Made by a program: the position numbers and the translations under genes. From assembly GCA_976551045.1 (NCBI GenBank), contig CDPCPM010000083.1, positions 1,302,001 through 1,366,000 of the forward strand: a DNA stretch of 64,000 nucleotides, read 5' to 3'. This document shows positions 23,673-36,802 of this stretch, one piece after another (position 1 is the stretch's first letter; every line of letters starts with the position of its first letter). This stretch comes from Glaucostegus cemiculus (lineage: Eukaryota). Under the pieces are notes generated by a model that did no database searches, had not been told where the DNA came from, and saw nothing but the letters and a program-made list of their open reading frames with translations.

Positions 23673-25019
23673 CTGGTGGCAAATAACATCCAACGTCATT
23701 TAATTATCTGTTCCATCCGATGAGGAGTTTTTTGAGTCCTTCCCAGAATGATAGATATAATTGGGCTGATTATAATTATTTATGTTGTGTGTTTTCTGAA
23801 GCTTTGTGTCTGTGATGCTGCTGCAAGCCTTTTATTTTACTTGTACCTCAATGTACTTGTGCATATGGCAATAAACTTGACTTGAGTTGAATAACCTCCT
23901 TACTTTGTGTTGATCCTTTGAGCTTCTGATATATCTTTCTACTTGATGCCACTTCCCTCATCTCCAAAGGAACTATCACCAGCGACCACATAGAACAAAT
24001 TGGTTGGTGATCAACAGTTCTGAAGTTAAAAGACGTGTCTTTATCTCCATGGGGTGGGAAGTAAACTGGGCAGTTTATCCCACTGTCTGCTCCAATGATG
24101 CATTCCTTTCAAAACCCATCAACCATTCTCTGGTATGAGAGATCTAAAGCATTAACGGAGGGCCCCTCGGAACTCCCTCCTTATCCAGCTGTGGGAATAT
24201 TGAATGATCTCACATATCCCAATTCTAGGAATATGCAATCATTCACATAACAGAGTCAATTTAGTGCTAAAAGGTTTTTTTTATAACAATAACATGTTCG
24301 GCCTTCCTTGGCAACATGTACTCGGTAATTGCGATAGCTGCAGAGAGGTACTGGTGTGTTCAAACAAGCCAAGCATTATGAACAGTGAATGCACTGTTTG
24401 GCCCGAGGCATATTCAGTGCTCTATTATACCACTGCCATGTCTCCTCAGCTGGAGCTGAACCTGTTACATTAGCTTTACCAGTCAATCATCATCCAGTTC
24501 GGAGAGGGAAGTAAAGCAAGGACGAAGAAGAAAGGAATCCACATCCCGAGATGTCACGGGAGGATTTTGCTGTTGTGACAACTTGCCGATTGCTCTCATC
24601 TGCAACACAATTCACCACCCCCACCCACCCAAAATATCTCACAGCATCATCATCTGCACAGCACATGTGCCAAGTTTTTTCATGGCTTTACTTAGCTGGA
24701 GTTGAAACATCTTTCCTCTTGGTCAAAGCTGCCAGGTTTGAGGAATTCTTGTTTCCGTAATGGAAGTGCCCAGATCCATATTTATATGCTGGTTCTTCCC
24801 ACCTCTCCCCCAGCCGTCCAATGACATTGACACCCTCACTGTCCTGCCCTGCTTTTTATTTTCACAGCATTTCATTACACCTGTGCGTACATGGGCTTGT
24901 GCATATGAGAATAAACTCAGCTATGATCCCCTCATTTGTGAACCAAAGCAAGGTGTGTTGGTGGGCTATTCCACCATGAAGCACATCAGAGTTTAGCCAG
25001 ACATCAGCAAGTCTGAGAA

Positions 25020-25370
25020 AAAGCACTGGCCTCTTCTTGCAGCTACCATCGAGCCTGAAAGTCCCACACCACCAGGTTCAAGAACAGCTACTTCCCCTCA
25101 ACCATTCAGTTCTTGAACCAACTGGCAAAACCCTAACCATTACAGTTTCGCAACACTAAGACCACTTTGATCACTTTGCACTGAGATGGACTTGGATTTT
25201 TTTTTTTTTGTTCTGATTATGTTCTTTCTTGTAAAAATTGTGTTTATGCTTTTCTTGTGAATATTGCTTATATGATGCTATGTGCCTGTGATCCTGCCGC
25301 AAGCAAGTTTTTCATTGCACCTGTGCATACATGTACTTATGCATATGACAGTAAACTCGACTTTGATTCC
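25020..25370 (+). mobile_element. Rex1/Babar-like LINE 3' fragment (family 2)
   Basis: accaccaggttcaagaacagctacttccc (TTRFKNSYFP). 3' UTR shared with 36045-36385 (inverted) and 23780-23890. Confidence 0.75.
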
Positions 25371-25689
25371 CTCATTTGTGAATCAAAGCAATGTGTGTTG
25401 GCAGGTCTTTGGTTCTGTGCTAGTAGCGTTCAGCTGCAACCAATGCTGTAATCTCCAGGTAAACATCTACCCAAACAGATTCTGGGCAACCCAATATACT
25501 TTGCTCCCTTAAAACCCTCCTTAAAACCTAGCTCTTTGACCAATCCTTTGGTGTTCTATTCTATTATCTCCACATGTGGCTCAGAATGTATTACTTTGTT
25601 AAAGATGTTGGAAAAATAACACAAAAACAGGCCAGATGCCGACATGGCTTGTTGTCTGTGTTCCTGGACTATGGAAGAGGGAAAGCAGC

Positions 25690-26545
25690 TTGGGTTACAA
25701 GGAGAGACTGGATAGGCTGGGCTGGTTTTCCATAGAGTGGAGGTGGCTGAGGGGTGGCCTGATGGACATATCAGAATCAGTTTTATTGTCACAACCATAT
25801 ACATACATGGTACGCATAGGAGCGAGATACCGTCCTCCACAGGAACACGTCTCATAGAAAAGAATAACATAACAACCAACAGAGAGACACATACACAGTA
25901 CAAAATACACAGTACAAAACATTACCCATTAGTTCTTACATAAATATATCTTAAAGTGAACGGGCTGGTGTCAGGCATTTAAAGTGCTGGTGCATTTCTG
26001 TGCACCTAGCATCTCCTAGTGTTAACAAAGGAAGATGGAGGGATGAGAGAGTTTGCAGTTCTTATGGCTTGCGGAAAGAAGCTATTGTTCAGCCTGGACG
26101 TTCTTGCCCTGATACATTTAAGCCTCCTCCCTGATGGCAAAATTGTGAAGAGGTGGTGGGAGGGGTGAGAGGGGTCGGCCATTATGCTTTTTGTCTTCCA
26201 CACAGTAATTTATTTAGTAAATGTATGAAACATTATCAGGGTAAATATAGGGAAGTAGTAAAAATCTTCTTTCTGTGGATGGGGGTGTCTAAGTCAAATG
26301 GGGATAGGGTTAAGGTGAGAAGTCGGAAGTTCAGAGAGGATCGGAAGGGGAATTTTTTTGCACAGAGGGTGATCGGGCTCTGGAATGTGCTGCTTGAAGT
26401 GGTGGTGGAGGCAGGTACTCTCACAGCACCTAAACAAGTCCTTGAATCGCCGCGGCATAGAAAATGTGGATAAATGGTTTAACAGGTGACAGGGGCAAGA
26501 TGGGCCGAAGGCCCTGTTTCTGTGCTGTACAACTCAATGAACATT
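25690..26545 (+). mobile_element. CR1 3' fragment interrupted by a Rex1 copy
   Basis: LGYKERLDRLGWFSIEWRWLRGGLM ... VKVRSRKFREDRKGNFFAQRVIGLWNVLLEVVVEAG. Confidence 0.8.
25770..26205 (-). mobile_element. Rex1/Babar LINE 3' fragment (family 3)
   Basis: ORF 26006-26203 IMADPSHPSHHLFTILPSGRRLKCIRARTSRLNNSFFPQAIRTAN; tail gtgacaataaaactgattctga. Confidence 0.85.
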
Positions 26546-26599
26546 GACTCCTGCTGGAAGGTGTGGATGCTATGAGGGGACTTGATCACACATCCAGAA

Positions 26600-27010
26600 G
26601 GAAGAATTACACATTTAAAGTATCTTTCACACACCTCTCAGAACATCCCAAAGCACCCATTGGCCAATGAGGTATGTTTGAAGTGCAGTTATTGTCATAA
26701 AGTAGGAAATATCTGTGCAACCAATTTACACAGAGCCAACTCCAACAATGAATGCTTTGATAAAGACTAGATCAAATACTGGTTGAGGAAGGAATAATGA
26801 CTTGGATGGCAGGAATGACTCCCTTGAACTTTGAAATAGTGCTGTAAGATTTCTACATCCATTTGAGAGTATAGGCTCAATCTAAAGTTTCATCCAACAG
26901 ACGGCATCCCCAACAGTACAGTCTTCCTCAGTGCTGGATTCTGGGCTATAAGTCCCAACAACTGAACCCTCTTAAGAAGCTGTGTGCTTCTGACTGAACC
27001 ATGGGTGACA
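26600..27010 (-). mobile_element. Old Deu-domain-type SINE
   Basis: aacatcccaaagcac...gccaatgaggtatgtttgaagtgcag...actcccttgaactttgaaatagtgc...tcatccaacagacggcatccccaacagt. Confidence 0.55.
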
Positions 27011-27282
27011 CCAAAACTACCGCTCCAAGTTCAATAACCTATCGACACTCACACCACGATTCCTTATCTCCGTCAGACCTCCCATTCCCTGACTGCCTTC
27101 AGGCAGCCAAAGACCATCAACCGATCTTTTGCATGTATCTGGGGATGTGGAGGTAAATCTTTCTCTCCACAAATGGAACTTTAGCAGAAACCTTGCTTTT
27201 GCACTGAAATGGGGGCTTCCGCCATACATCTCACAGCACTGGAGCAGGAGGTGGCCTGAGCTGATTTAGTCTCATGCTCTTT

Positions 27283-27575
27283 TATTGGTATTGGTGTTGG
27301 TATTGGCATTGGTTTATTATTGTCACTTGTACCGAGGTACAGTGAAAAGCTTGTCTTACAAACCGATTGTACAGGTCAATTCATTACACAGTGCAGTTAC
27401 ATTCAGTTAGTGCAAAGTGCATTGATGTAGTACAGGTAAAAACAGTAACAGTACAGAGTAAAGTGTCACAGCTACAGAGAAAATGCAGTGCAATAAGGTG
27501 CAAGGTCACAACAAGGTAGATCGTGAGGTCATAGTCCATCTCATTGTATAAGGGAACCGTTCAATAGTCTTATCA
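27283..27575 (-). mobile_element. Rex1/Babar LINE 3' end (family 1)
   Basis: (tattgg)n tail and reverse complement of the 3' UTR at 22300-22530 and 28770-29025. Confidence 0.85.
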
Positions 27576-28369
27576 GGTCCTTTACACTGTTCAGCAAAAT
27601 GTGTTGGACATCAGAGCGGCCAACCTAGCTCAGAATATCAAATTCTCACTGCTAAGTCACAATAAGGTGGTCTCAATCTTCCTTGGTCTGAGCGTTGAGT
27701 ATTGGCTTAACACTTCAGTACTTCATTATTGGAGATACTGGCCTTAAACCAAGGCCATACTCCCTATGGTGTTATTTGGGAGCAGGCCAAAAAAATCCCT
27801 TAAAATCCACATAACCAACATGATGGGTCATTCAGTTCAGTGCTCTTTGGAGGAATCTGTCTGTGCTAAAATAGCAGGGAAGTTTGTATGCACAACAACA
27901 CTGACGCAATTCAGTGTATACAAAGCTACACTTCTGAACCCTGTGCTAAGACTCACTAGGTCAACTAGGTCAATTCAGACTTTCTTCGTTCAACTGGAGA
28001 CAGCCGTCCATAGATTTCAGCCTGCCAACCAGGGTCTCTCTTATCGTGGCAACTGTTGCTTTTAGTTTGGAAATTTGGGAGGATCCAGTCCTTCACTCTA
28101 ATCACCAATGACCTTGGACCTCAAGTTTGGAAAACATGAGACCTTGTAAACTCAATTAAAACACATGAAAAATTAATGACATGAACCATGAATAGATTGT
28201 GTTCAAACTGGCTTTTCAAGAGTTGAATTCACATAGGGAGAGAAATAAACAAAGATTCAGACGATATATTGAATTTCACGGGGCCACAAGCTTGTACCAA
28301 GCTCTGGATTATCAAGCAACAAAACCTAGTTGGGATCTTTCCAGACTTAAAATCAGAAACTGAAGGGTA

Positions 28370-29025
28370 ATGTGGATGCCAAGAAAGCCAAGAAAGCTCA
28401 ACAGCACCTCCACTTCCTCAGGAGGCTGAAGGAATTTGGCATGTCCCCTTGACACTCACCAACTTTTATTGATGCACCATAGAAAGCATCCTATCTGGAT
28501 GCATCACAGCTTGGCATGGCAACTGCTCTACCCAGGACTACAAGAAACTACAGAGAGTTGTGAACACAGCCCAGCACATCACGGAAATTAGCCTCCCCTC
28601 CATGGACTCTTGTCTATACCTCTCGCTGCCTTGGTGAAGCAGCCAGCATAATCAAAGACCCCAACCACCCAGGTCATTCTTTCTTCTCTCCTCTCCCATC
28701 AGACAGAAGATACAGGAGCTTGAGGGCACGTACCACCAGGCTCAAGGACAGCTTCTATCCCACAGTGATAAGACTACTGGTTCCCTTATACGATGAGATG
28801 GACTCTTGACCTCACAATCTACGTTGTTTGACCTTTCACCTTATCGTCTACCTGCAATGCACTTCCAGTGTAGCTGTGACGTTTTACTCTGCATTCTGTA
28901 TTGTTTTACCTTGTACTACCTCAAAGCACTGTGTAATGAATTGACCTGTATGAACAGTATTCAGGACAAGTTTTTCACTGTACCTTGGTACAAGGGACAA
29001 TAATTAACCAATACCAATACCAATG
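28370..29025 (+). mobile_element. Rex1/Babar LINE 3' fragment (family 1)
   Basis: aagaaagctcaacagcacctccacttcctcaggaggctgaagg...atagaaagcatcctatctggatgcatcacagcttgg...; (ccaata)n tail. Confidence 0.88.
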
Positions 29026-29169
29026 CATAGAAATTCATTCCTAGTCAGTAGCTCTAACTGCAGTAAATGGCAACAACGGTGCCGTACTCTGCCTCTGAGC
29101 TTCAGTTTGAATCAAGGATCACTATGTTGCAGGTTTAGCACTACAGGCTGGGGATGAATTTCTAGGCAG

Positions 29170-29292
29170 CACTAGAGATAGAAAAGGTTTAGGGGGGGTC
29201 AAACATGGGCAAATGGGACTAGCTTGGATCTTGGTCAGCATGGACGTTGGGCTGAAGGGCCTAGTTCCATGCTGTACAACTCTATGATGATT
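29170..29292 (+). mobile_element. CR1 3' tail
   Basis: ggtcagcatggacgttgggctgaagggcctagttccatgctgtacaactctatga. Confidence 0.75.
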
Positions 29293-30264
29293 CAAGAAGA
29301 TGGGAGGAACTGACTGTGTCTAACATGACAGATGACATAATTTAGCCAAATTTGGTAGAGTAAGGGGACACGCATATGTGACTGTGGATAAATATTTGGA
29401 ATGGAAACATCAGTAGATATATGGGATCTGGAATATACAGGGCAGTAGGTGGAAAGTACTGGAATGATGGGCAGAGCGGCTTCCCTTGTACTGTCTGATT
29501 GTAAGTGCATGAATACTGATTTCTGCTCCAACACTCTTTCTTGTTTAAAAGGCTTTTCCAATGGGTTTTTGTTTACCATCTTAAGCAGCATCTTGTAGCC
29601 TAGACATGGGCGTCCACAATATGTTGCTCCACGGCTGATGGGAGCAGCGAAATAAAATCTATCCTGCTCCCCCATCCTCCTGATGAGACAAGTTATTGGA
29701 TTACTGGAAGGAAACTATCACCCGGTGAAGCAATTCCTCTCAGCTAGGCTGGCTGCTGTGATTGCCCATTGCCACTGACAGAGCCCTGTGTAAAGGATGA
29801 ATTATGAAACTTATCCTGCACTACAAAGGCTTCTGCAGGATGGTGCTGGATAATGTTTCACAACTGTAACCAGCCTTAATTGCCAGCTCGCAGCCCACTT
29901 GCAAGTTTCATGTGGGCTTAAGATGATCGGCCAGAGTTTTTTTTGATCTCATGTGACCTCCACTGTGGGTGGATGTATCCCCGATGACACTCAGTCGCTA
30001 ATTGAGAGCGCAATCCTCAGAAAGCACCATGCATGAAGACTCAAAGTGACTGGTTGGAGCCAGATTTCCAATCAGATTGAAATGTGCTTGCAGGACCAGT
30101 GTGCCCTGACCCACAGGCTTGTGTCAGATACCCTTGCAAGCTCCTATTTAAGCACCTTGGTTTAATCACTGTAATCGATGCTAACCCAGCAAGGCTGCCC
30201 AATTAGGCTACTGCAAGCAGACTGATCTGATTGGGCTATTTTTTCTCTACTTATGGATTGAAAG

Positions 30265-30690
30265 TCTCACTGGCAAGGTCATGTCTAATTGCCCTTGAGA
30301 AAGAGAAACAGAGTTGAAATTTCTCTTTCCACGGGTGCTGCCTGACCTGCTGAGTGTTCCCAGCATTTTATGGCTTTATTTCTGATTACCAGCGTCTGCA
30401 GTTTTTTTTTTGATTTTCAATTAGCCTTGAGGTGACTGGTGAGCAAGCTTCTTAAACCAGTGCCATCCTTCTGGTGAAGGTAACTTCCACCCCCACCGAC
30501 CCCCTGATGTGACTGGGTGGGGAGTTCCAGGGTTTAGACGCAAAGACGGTAAAGGACTGGCGATGCATTTGCAAGTCAGGCTGCTGCGCAGCTCAGAGGG
30601 GAACCTGCAGGTGGTGGTGTTACTATGCGCCTGCTGCTCTTGTCCTTCACGGGGGGGGGAGGGGGAGCAGTCAGAGGTTTGGGAGGTGAT
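30265..30690 (-). mobile_element. CR1-group LINE family B 3' fragment containing a Penelope-type insert (about 30305-30415)
   Basis: ccttctggtgaagg...gggagttccagg...gagggaacctgcaggtggtggtg is shared with 55410-55840 and 59150-60200. Insert reads gctgcctgacctgctgagtgttcccagcatttt. Confidence 0.65.
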
Positions 30691-32299
30691 GTTGGGGTAG
30701 TTGATGTTATTCCTCCAACATACGCAAGCCTATCATATTCCTCCACCATACTCAACCCTGTCGTATGGCTGGCTTCAGACAAGAATGGTGGCTTGTGTCG
30801 TGGCCAAGAAGATAATGATTATAGTCCACACTACTCTTGTTTAAAATTCTCTGCAGGGTTAGAACACAATTCAAACTCTCTTTTTATGACTCCAGATGTA
30901 GACCTGTTGAACTGAAGATACCAGAAGGTGTCAGAAAGAAACTGACTTACCCTTTTCTTGTGCTTGTCTCAAGACTTCCCAAAACCTGATATAGCCAATG
31001 ATATATGTTTTTAAAGTGCTTTGATGTAGGAAACACAGTGGTCAATATGTGCACAGCAAGATCCTACAAGCAATGCAATAAGGGCCAGATCATCTGTTTC
31101 TGTGACTTCAGCATGGACTGTAACCGGATCGTGCCAATCAATGGGATGGTGACGCTGACCCAGTTTGTGGGACAGAGGAGATAGGGAATCCCTGTTCCTG
31201 TGCACAAGGCTCTGCTGCGATGAAGGGCATCAAGTGGATAACCATGCAATGAGAAACCAAACCACAACCGCAAGTCCACAGTGTAAGGAGAGTGGGTGGT
31301 GAAGAAAACAGCAGAAAGACCAAGCTTTGACTGGACCTACCTCCCACAACAGCCTCATACACAGTCATGAAGCTCAATCTAAGCTCTCAAAAGATATCTG
31401 TGCACATTCATCAGCAAGGCACCTAATGGGACAGTGAGATGCTTTAGTTCTCCAGGGGGCCCTAAATCAGCTCATTTATTACCACACACAAGAGAGGGAA
31501 ATCAAACAGCCCTAATCGGTTTATTGTTATGAAACAAAGATCTAATCCCACATCAAGGTATACTGTGACACGTGAGCACAAACAGCAGTAAGTAGCCAGG
31601 TTTAAAAGACAACATCTGAGTCCACAGATTTATCACAGATCTTTATGTGTCAGGTCCTTTAGCAGACTTTCAAGGTAGCAAAATCCATTTTCCAAGGTAA
31701 AAAATGTCAGTACTTGGCAGAAAAAAAACACATTCTCTCTCCATCCAGTGACAGCACCAAGCACTCCCTGGCCTGGTTCAATATCTATTGCAAACGCAAC
31801 TTAAAGTCGCTCCCTCACCACCTTAATAATGTGTTGTTTAACTGTATGTGGAAGGGGTGATAGACCTATATCCTACACTGTCCATCCACATGCTTGGTCA
31901 GATTGTCCAGTCTCTGTGTAATTATGGTCTGCTTCTTTGATGTTGTGGACTTAGAGCCACCGAGAAGAATGTGACACACTCAGGACCCTTAACAGAACAG
32001 AGGTACCACATCATCCATTTCGTAATGGTATTAAAAACGCTCACTTGCCAAGGCTTAAAGGTGACAAATTTTAAGACATGCCCTCATCAGAGTAAGTCAG
32101 GATATTTTGCCCTGATGTTTTAATTTCCAGTTGTGCAAGAGTGAAATGTGGTTGTCACACATCACAGTCTTCTGTAAAACAATCTCGGCTTGTGCTGTAA
32201 CTTGTATGCTTCTATTGTAGGTTACAACTTTTGCTGGGGTACAGTTAGATTCCTTCTCCATCTAGTTTGTTGATTGTAGGATTAGAGGGGTGTTGAGGA

Positions 32300-32520
32300 A
32301 TACTAGAGATGAGGGTCTGGAATTCACTGCCTAAAAGGGTATTGAAAGCAGAAACCCTTACCACATTCACAGAGTACCTGGAGTAGCACTATGAAAAGTC
32401 ATAACCTGCAAGACTGTGGAGCAGGAGTTGGAAAGTGGTACTAGCCTAAACAGCTCCTTTACTGACTGGCAAAGACAGAGTGGACCGAATGGTCTCCTCC
32501 TGTGCTGTGAGTGTTTACTA
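32300..32520 (+). mobile_element. Degenerate CR1 3' fragment
   Basis: gagggtctggaattcactgcctaaaagggt...tggaccgaatggtctcctcctgtgctgt. Confidence 0.65.
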
Positions 32521-32819
32521 TTCTTTGAGCCATGTACGATAATCATGAATTATGAAGTAAATCATAAGCCTTCTGACACCTTTTATCAGTGGACAGTGAG
32601 AACCCTTGCTTTGGAAATCCAGACATGCTAGGGAACCACTTGCCTGCGGTAGCCAAAAACATTGATTCTGGTGGGAGCCACTTCCTTTGCCTGGATATCT
32701 TGGACAACAGGCAATTATTTTCCCCTGCAAATGCCTGTGACTAGTTCTATATCTTTCTCTTGATTGCCACCATTCACCACCCTACCCCACTCCACCCCAG
32801 CACTCCAACCTCTTCGACA

Positions 32820-32945
32820 GAATGATAGAGAAATGGAGGGCTATGTCGGAGGGAAGGGTTAGATAGATAGTAGAGCAGGATAAGATGTCAGCACAACATT
32901 GTGGGCCAAAGGGCCTGTACTGTGTTATAATGTTCTATGTTCTTA
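32820..32945 (+). mobile_element. CR1 3' tail
   Basis: gcacaacattgtgggccaaagggcctgtactgtgttataatgttctatgttct. Confidence 0.75.
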
Positions 32946-33584
32946 AGGGAGAAGGGATAAAGAAGCCACCACTCATTACAATCCACTTACTCCTCTCAGA
33001 GGTCAGAAGTCCTTGTCTTCAGAGGTCAGGCAGTAAAACCATCATGCAAAACGAGACACTTTTGACCAAGGCAACAGAGTCTTGACTTAAAGCAGAGGTT
33101 CTCTCACTGGGCAACCCATTAAACATGTGCCCCAAGGCTGCTGGTAAGTCTCAGCACTGCTCAGATAAGGACAGCCCCGTTAAAACAAAGGAACCAAAAA
33201 TGATAGGGAAATACCAGCCCTGCTTAAAATGTAACTGCAGTGAATCAGTCAAAGCTGGGTCCATCAAACCACTCACTGCACCCCTCTCCAGAAAAAACAA
33301 GCACATTGTTTGTAAGATAAAATTCGATATAATTTGGAAAAATAACAAAAAAAACTTATATATAGTTTTAAAACTGTCAAATAAACATTAAAAAATTATT
33401 TTCATTCAAATAAATAGACTGAATCAATAGTTCATTGAAAACTAGGTGGTAAGGGTGAGACCAGGTCAAATGTGTTATTTATGGCTTCTCAAAACACCAT
33501 CTGCAATTTGAATTGGGAGGATAGAGGGAGGGACGAGAGCAGAGCCAGCAGCTGGGGCATTAGCGGCACACTCACTGACTGCAT

Positions 33585-33820
33585 GGGCACACCCACCCAT
33601 GCACACACTCTTCCACTCCACATACAGACACACACAAAACACAGATGTAGTGCCTGTTGTGTACACACACATATGCATGCCTACACAGACACACCTGCGA
33701 GACCCCATTCAAATAACACATGCACATACGCACACACACACTCATACTTCTAACCCACAGTCACAAACCCCATCACACACAAAAGACAGACATGGAACAC
33801 ACACACACACACACACAGAT
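33585..33820. repeat. Degenerate (CA)n tract
   Basis: Direct reading. Confidence 0.8.
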
Positions 33821-34302
33821 CAATGGTAGAAACTTCCTTGAAAGGACCACTAGAAAGACATTTTAGACAGCTTTGGTTTAGTAATCCTGTTATGTTTTTA
33901 ATACATAGCTAAAGGCTTCATGAGGGAGCCCATCCACAAGAATGGACAACTGTTGCCCAAGGCATAGGCCAATATTTCAAAAAGTAGGACCAGTACAGCC
34001 AAGGGCTAAATATTTAGTGAATACCGGCCAGGTCACTGCTGTCAAGTGGTTGCCAATGACAAAGTGCATCTGTTAGGGTTTCAACCTTTGCCTGAGTTAT
34101 CAGCACATAGTTTAAATCCCCTGATGCTGGGTTTGCGTCTGAGCCAGTCTATTGTCTAGACTTGACTGTGATGAAGCTGTGCTTTCCTCCTCTTTTTCAG
34201 CCCAAGGCTCAACTTGCAACAGGCCTAGTCAGAAAAGCCAGTCACTTGCTCTATGTGACCCAAGAAGGTTTGCCAAAACAATCCATCTTTGAGGAAGCTA
34301 AG

Positions 34303-34662
34303 AGCACAGTGGCACAGCTAAGTGGAGCCACTGCCTCAGAGCATCAGCGACGTCATCAATCCAGAGAGCATCAATCCTGACTTTAGGTGCTCTGTGTGTG
34401 GCATTTGCACGCTCTCCCTGTGACCGCATGGGTTTCCTCCGGCTGCTCCAAGTTTCCACCCGCATCCCAAGATGTGTGGGTCAGTGGGTTAATTGCCCAT
34501 CGTGTGTAGGTGAGAGGTAGAATCTGGGGAGAGTTGACGGAAATGTGGACAGATTTAAATGGGATAAATGCAGGATTAGTGTAAATGAGCGGTCGATGGT
34601 CAGCATGTACTCGGTGGGCTGAAGGTCCTGTTTCTGTGTTGTATGTCCCTATCACTCTATGA
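34303..34662 (+). mobile_element. HE1-like V-SINE (CR1-type tail)
   Basis: Head gcacagtggcacagct, V core ctctccctgtgaccgcatgggtttcctccggctgctcc, tail ggtcagcatgtactcggtgggctgaaggtcctgtttctgtgttgtat matching CR1 tails in this window. Confidence 0.85.
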
Positions 34663-35199
34663 AGGAGAATCCACTGAACTGTATCCTTCAGCATTCCTGT
34701 CCCTGGTTAATGCTCCATGACTGACAGCCACCCACTGATGCCTCACTGAATGGTTGGTCAGCATGCACCAGCCTCAACAGTTGAACAACGATGGGCTAGT
34801 CAAACAGAGGAGCCCTCACATCTTGCACAAGCCTACAGTAAACAGGAGAGCGGGCCGTGAGGAACTGATGGAGACTGATGTAAGTCAACAACCTCAGGGA
34901 GAACTCGGAGGAAACTGGAGGCCGTAAACTAAAAGGTGACTGATGGTGAAACCCCCTCAATAAGGGAGCTGTAATCGATCTCCCACTTCACTGATTTTCC
35001 ACTGCACATATCCTTAAATTAAATCAAGCCTTTTGCAAAGCTTCTACTCAGTTATGTCGCTCCTTCTGAGAAAATTATAGCACTGACTTGCTGTCCTTTA
35101 TTATACAGTCTGCCTGCTCAGAAATTCATGTTAGACCTAACCATGAAAAAGAATGATTTAGCCCAGCTTTTGAGAAAGAGCGATGCACTGAAGTAACCA

Positions 35200-35520
35200 G
35201 TAAGTGGAAACAAATCAATTTGGGGCAGGATTTAGAGGTGAGGTGGCAGACTGATTATTTGCAAAGCCTTGTCCGGAATGATAATGAACGCCCTCCGAGC
35301 GCTTGCACACTCTGTCTGACTTAATCGCAGCGCTTTGCTGCTTAACCCACACTGCCCCACATTCCCTGCCAAGGAAGGTGCCTTTTGCTATGCTCCCCGG
35401 TTAATGGGCAGCTGTACTGTTCACAACCGTTTAGCCGCTGGTTTGCATGGATTTTGAATTTTAATTGCTCTGCACGGTAGCCGGAGTAGGGTGATTGAAG
35501 GGACAAGGCTCGGTTAAAAA
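35200..35520. promoter_or_regulatory. Candidate conserved non-coding element
   Basis: No recognisable repeats, CpG-retaining block with ttaatcg, ttaatgg and tttaattg cores. Inference only. Confidence 0.35.
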
Positions 35521-36044
35521 AAAAACATCTGCACTTTACTGCTTTTCATAAGAAAGCAAGCGCTAGCACCTACTTTGTAAGTGGGGTCAGAGATGGCGTG
35601 GGGGAGACATCTCTGCAGGCCAAGTGTCTACTGTAGCTCCTGTTGCCCATTCCAAGCAATCTACTCTCTTTCATACCCCCCTTCCCTTTCTCCCGTGCTG
35701 GATTCCGCAGGCTCGGATTAACGCTGCCACACCCAAATTATTGCTCTTCACTTGCAGCACCTAACCATGTAGCTTTACAGGCTATTGGAGCGTCACAGTC
35801 CATCTACAACAGAGACACATACTTTGTAGGTGTTGCAAATGGAATTACTGTACAGCAGTAATCCTCACTCCCAGCCTGAACCACTGCCCCCACTCTTATT
35901 CAAGCCCCTCTACACATTCCTCCCTCCACGTTACCACCTCAGTATGAATCAATTCCAATCAAACATTGTGCCTTGTGACATGAGGTAGCTAAATCTCTCT
36001 TTCAGGATCGAGAGAATGTGATACTTGTGACTGACTGTATATCG

Positions 36045-36385
36045 AAGTCAAAGTTGTTTATTGTCACCTGCACATGTGTGCACAGCTCCAAAGAAAAACT
36101 TGCAGCAGCATCACAGGCACGTAGCATCAGAAACACAACATTCACATACATAAACAGAAATTCTTCAAAATTATACAAGAAAGAACACAATTAGAACAAA
36201 AAAAAAGTCCACTGTAGTGCAAAGTGGTCCTAGTGTTGCTATACTGAGGTAGTGATTAGGGTTGTGCAGGTTGGTTCAAGATCTGACTGGTTGAAGGGAA
36301 GTAGCTGTTCCTGAACCTGGTTGTGTGGGACTTCAGGCTTCTGTACCTCCAGTCTGATAGTAGCTATGAGGAGATTGCACAGCCA
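36045..36385 (-). mobile_element. Rex1/Babar-like LINE 3' fragment (family 2)
   Basis: Reverse complement of 25050-25370 (gggaagtagctgttcctgaacctggttgtgtgggacttcaggct). Confidence 0.8.
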
Positions 36386-36802
36386 ACTGGAGCTTTCATG
36401 GCCTCTAGGTGTACATACCTACAAGAAGCATTGCTCCCCATTGGTTCTATAGCCAGAACACCTTGTATTGTGTTTGGTGCTGTTGCAAGCAGTAACAGAA
36501 ACAGGAAGCGAAAGGTACATTGTATGGAAGAATTCAAACTGTTTCACAACTTCCTCCCTCTGTACCTAATCTTCACTTACCACAAACCTAGTGCAGACAG
36601 CATGACTAATATACAATTCAGCTGCTATCTAATAACATTAGACTACAGGGAGAATCACTTCTGAAGAACTACCACAAAACTGGCAAATAGGTCATGGAAA
36701 ATGTTTACATACAAACTATTTTAAAATAAATTGCTCCATGGCTGCATGAATTTAGGGTTTTGACGCACAATGGAGAGGGGATGGTCACCTTTTGTGGGCG
36801 AA

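Noticed and set aside
30941-30990. Strong minus-strand donor AAGG|gtaagt
   Set aside because: The upstream sequence runs into a decayed SINE and gives no GSE1-like peptide; isolated donors are common by chance.
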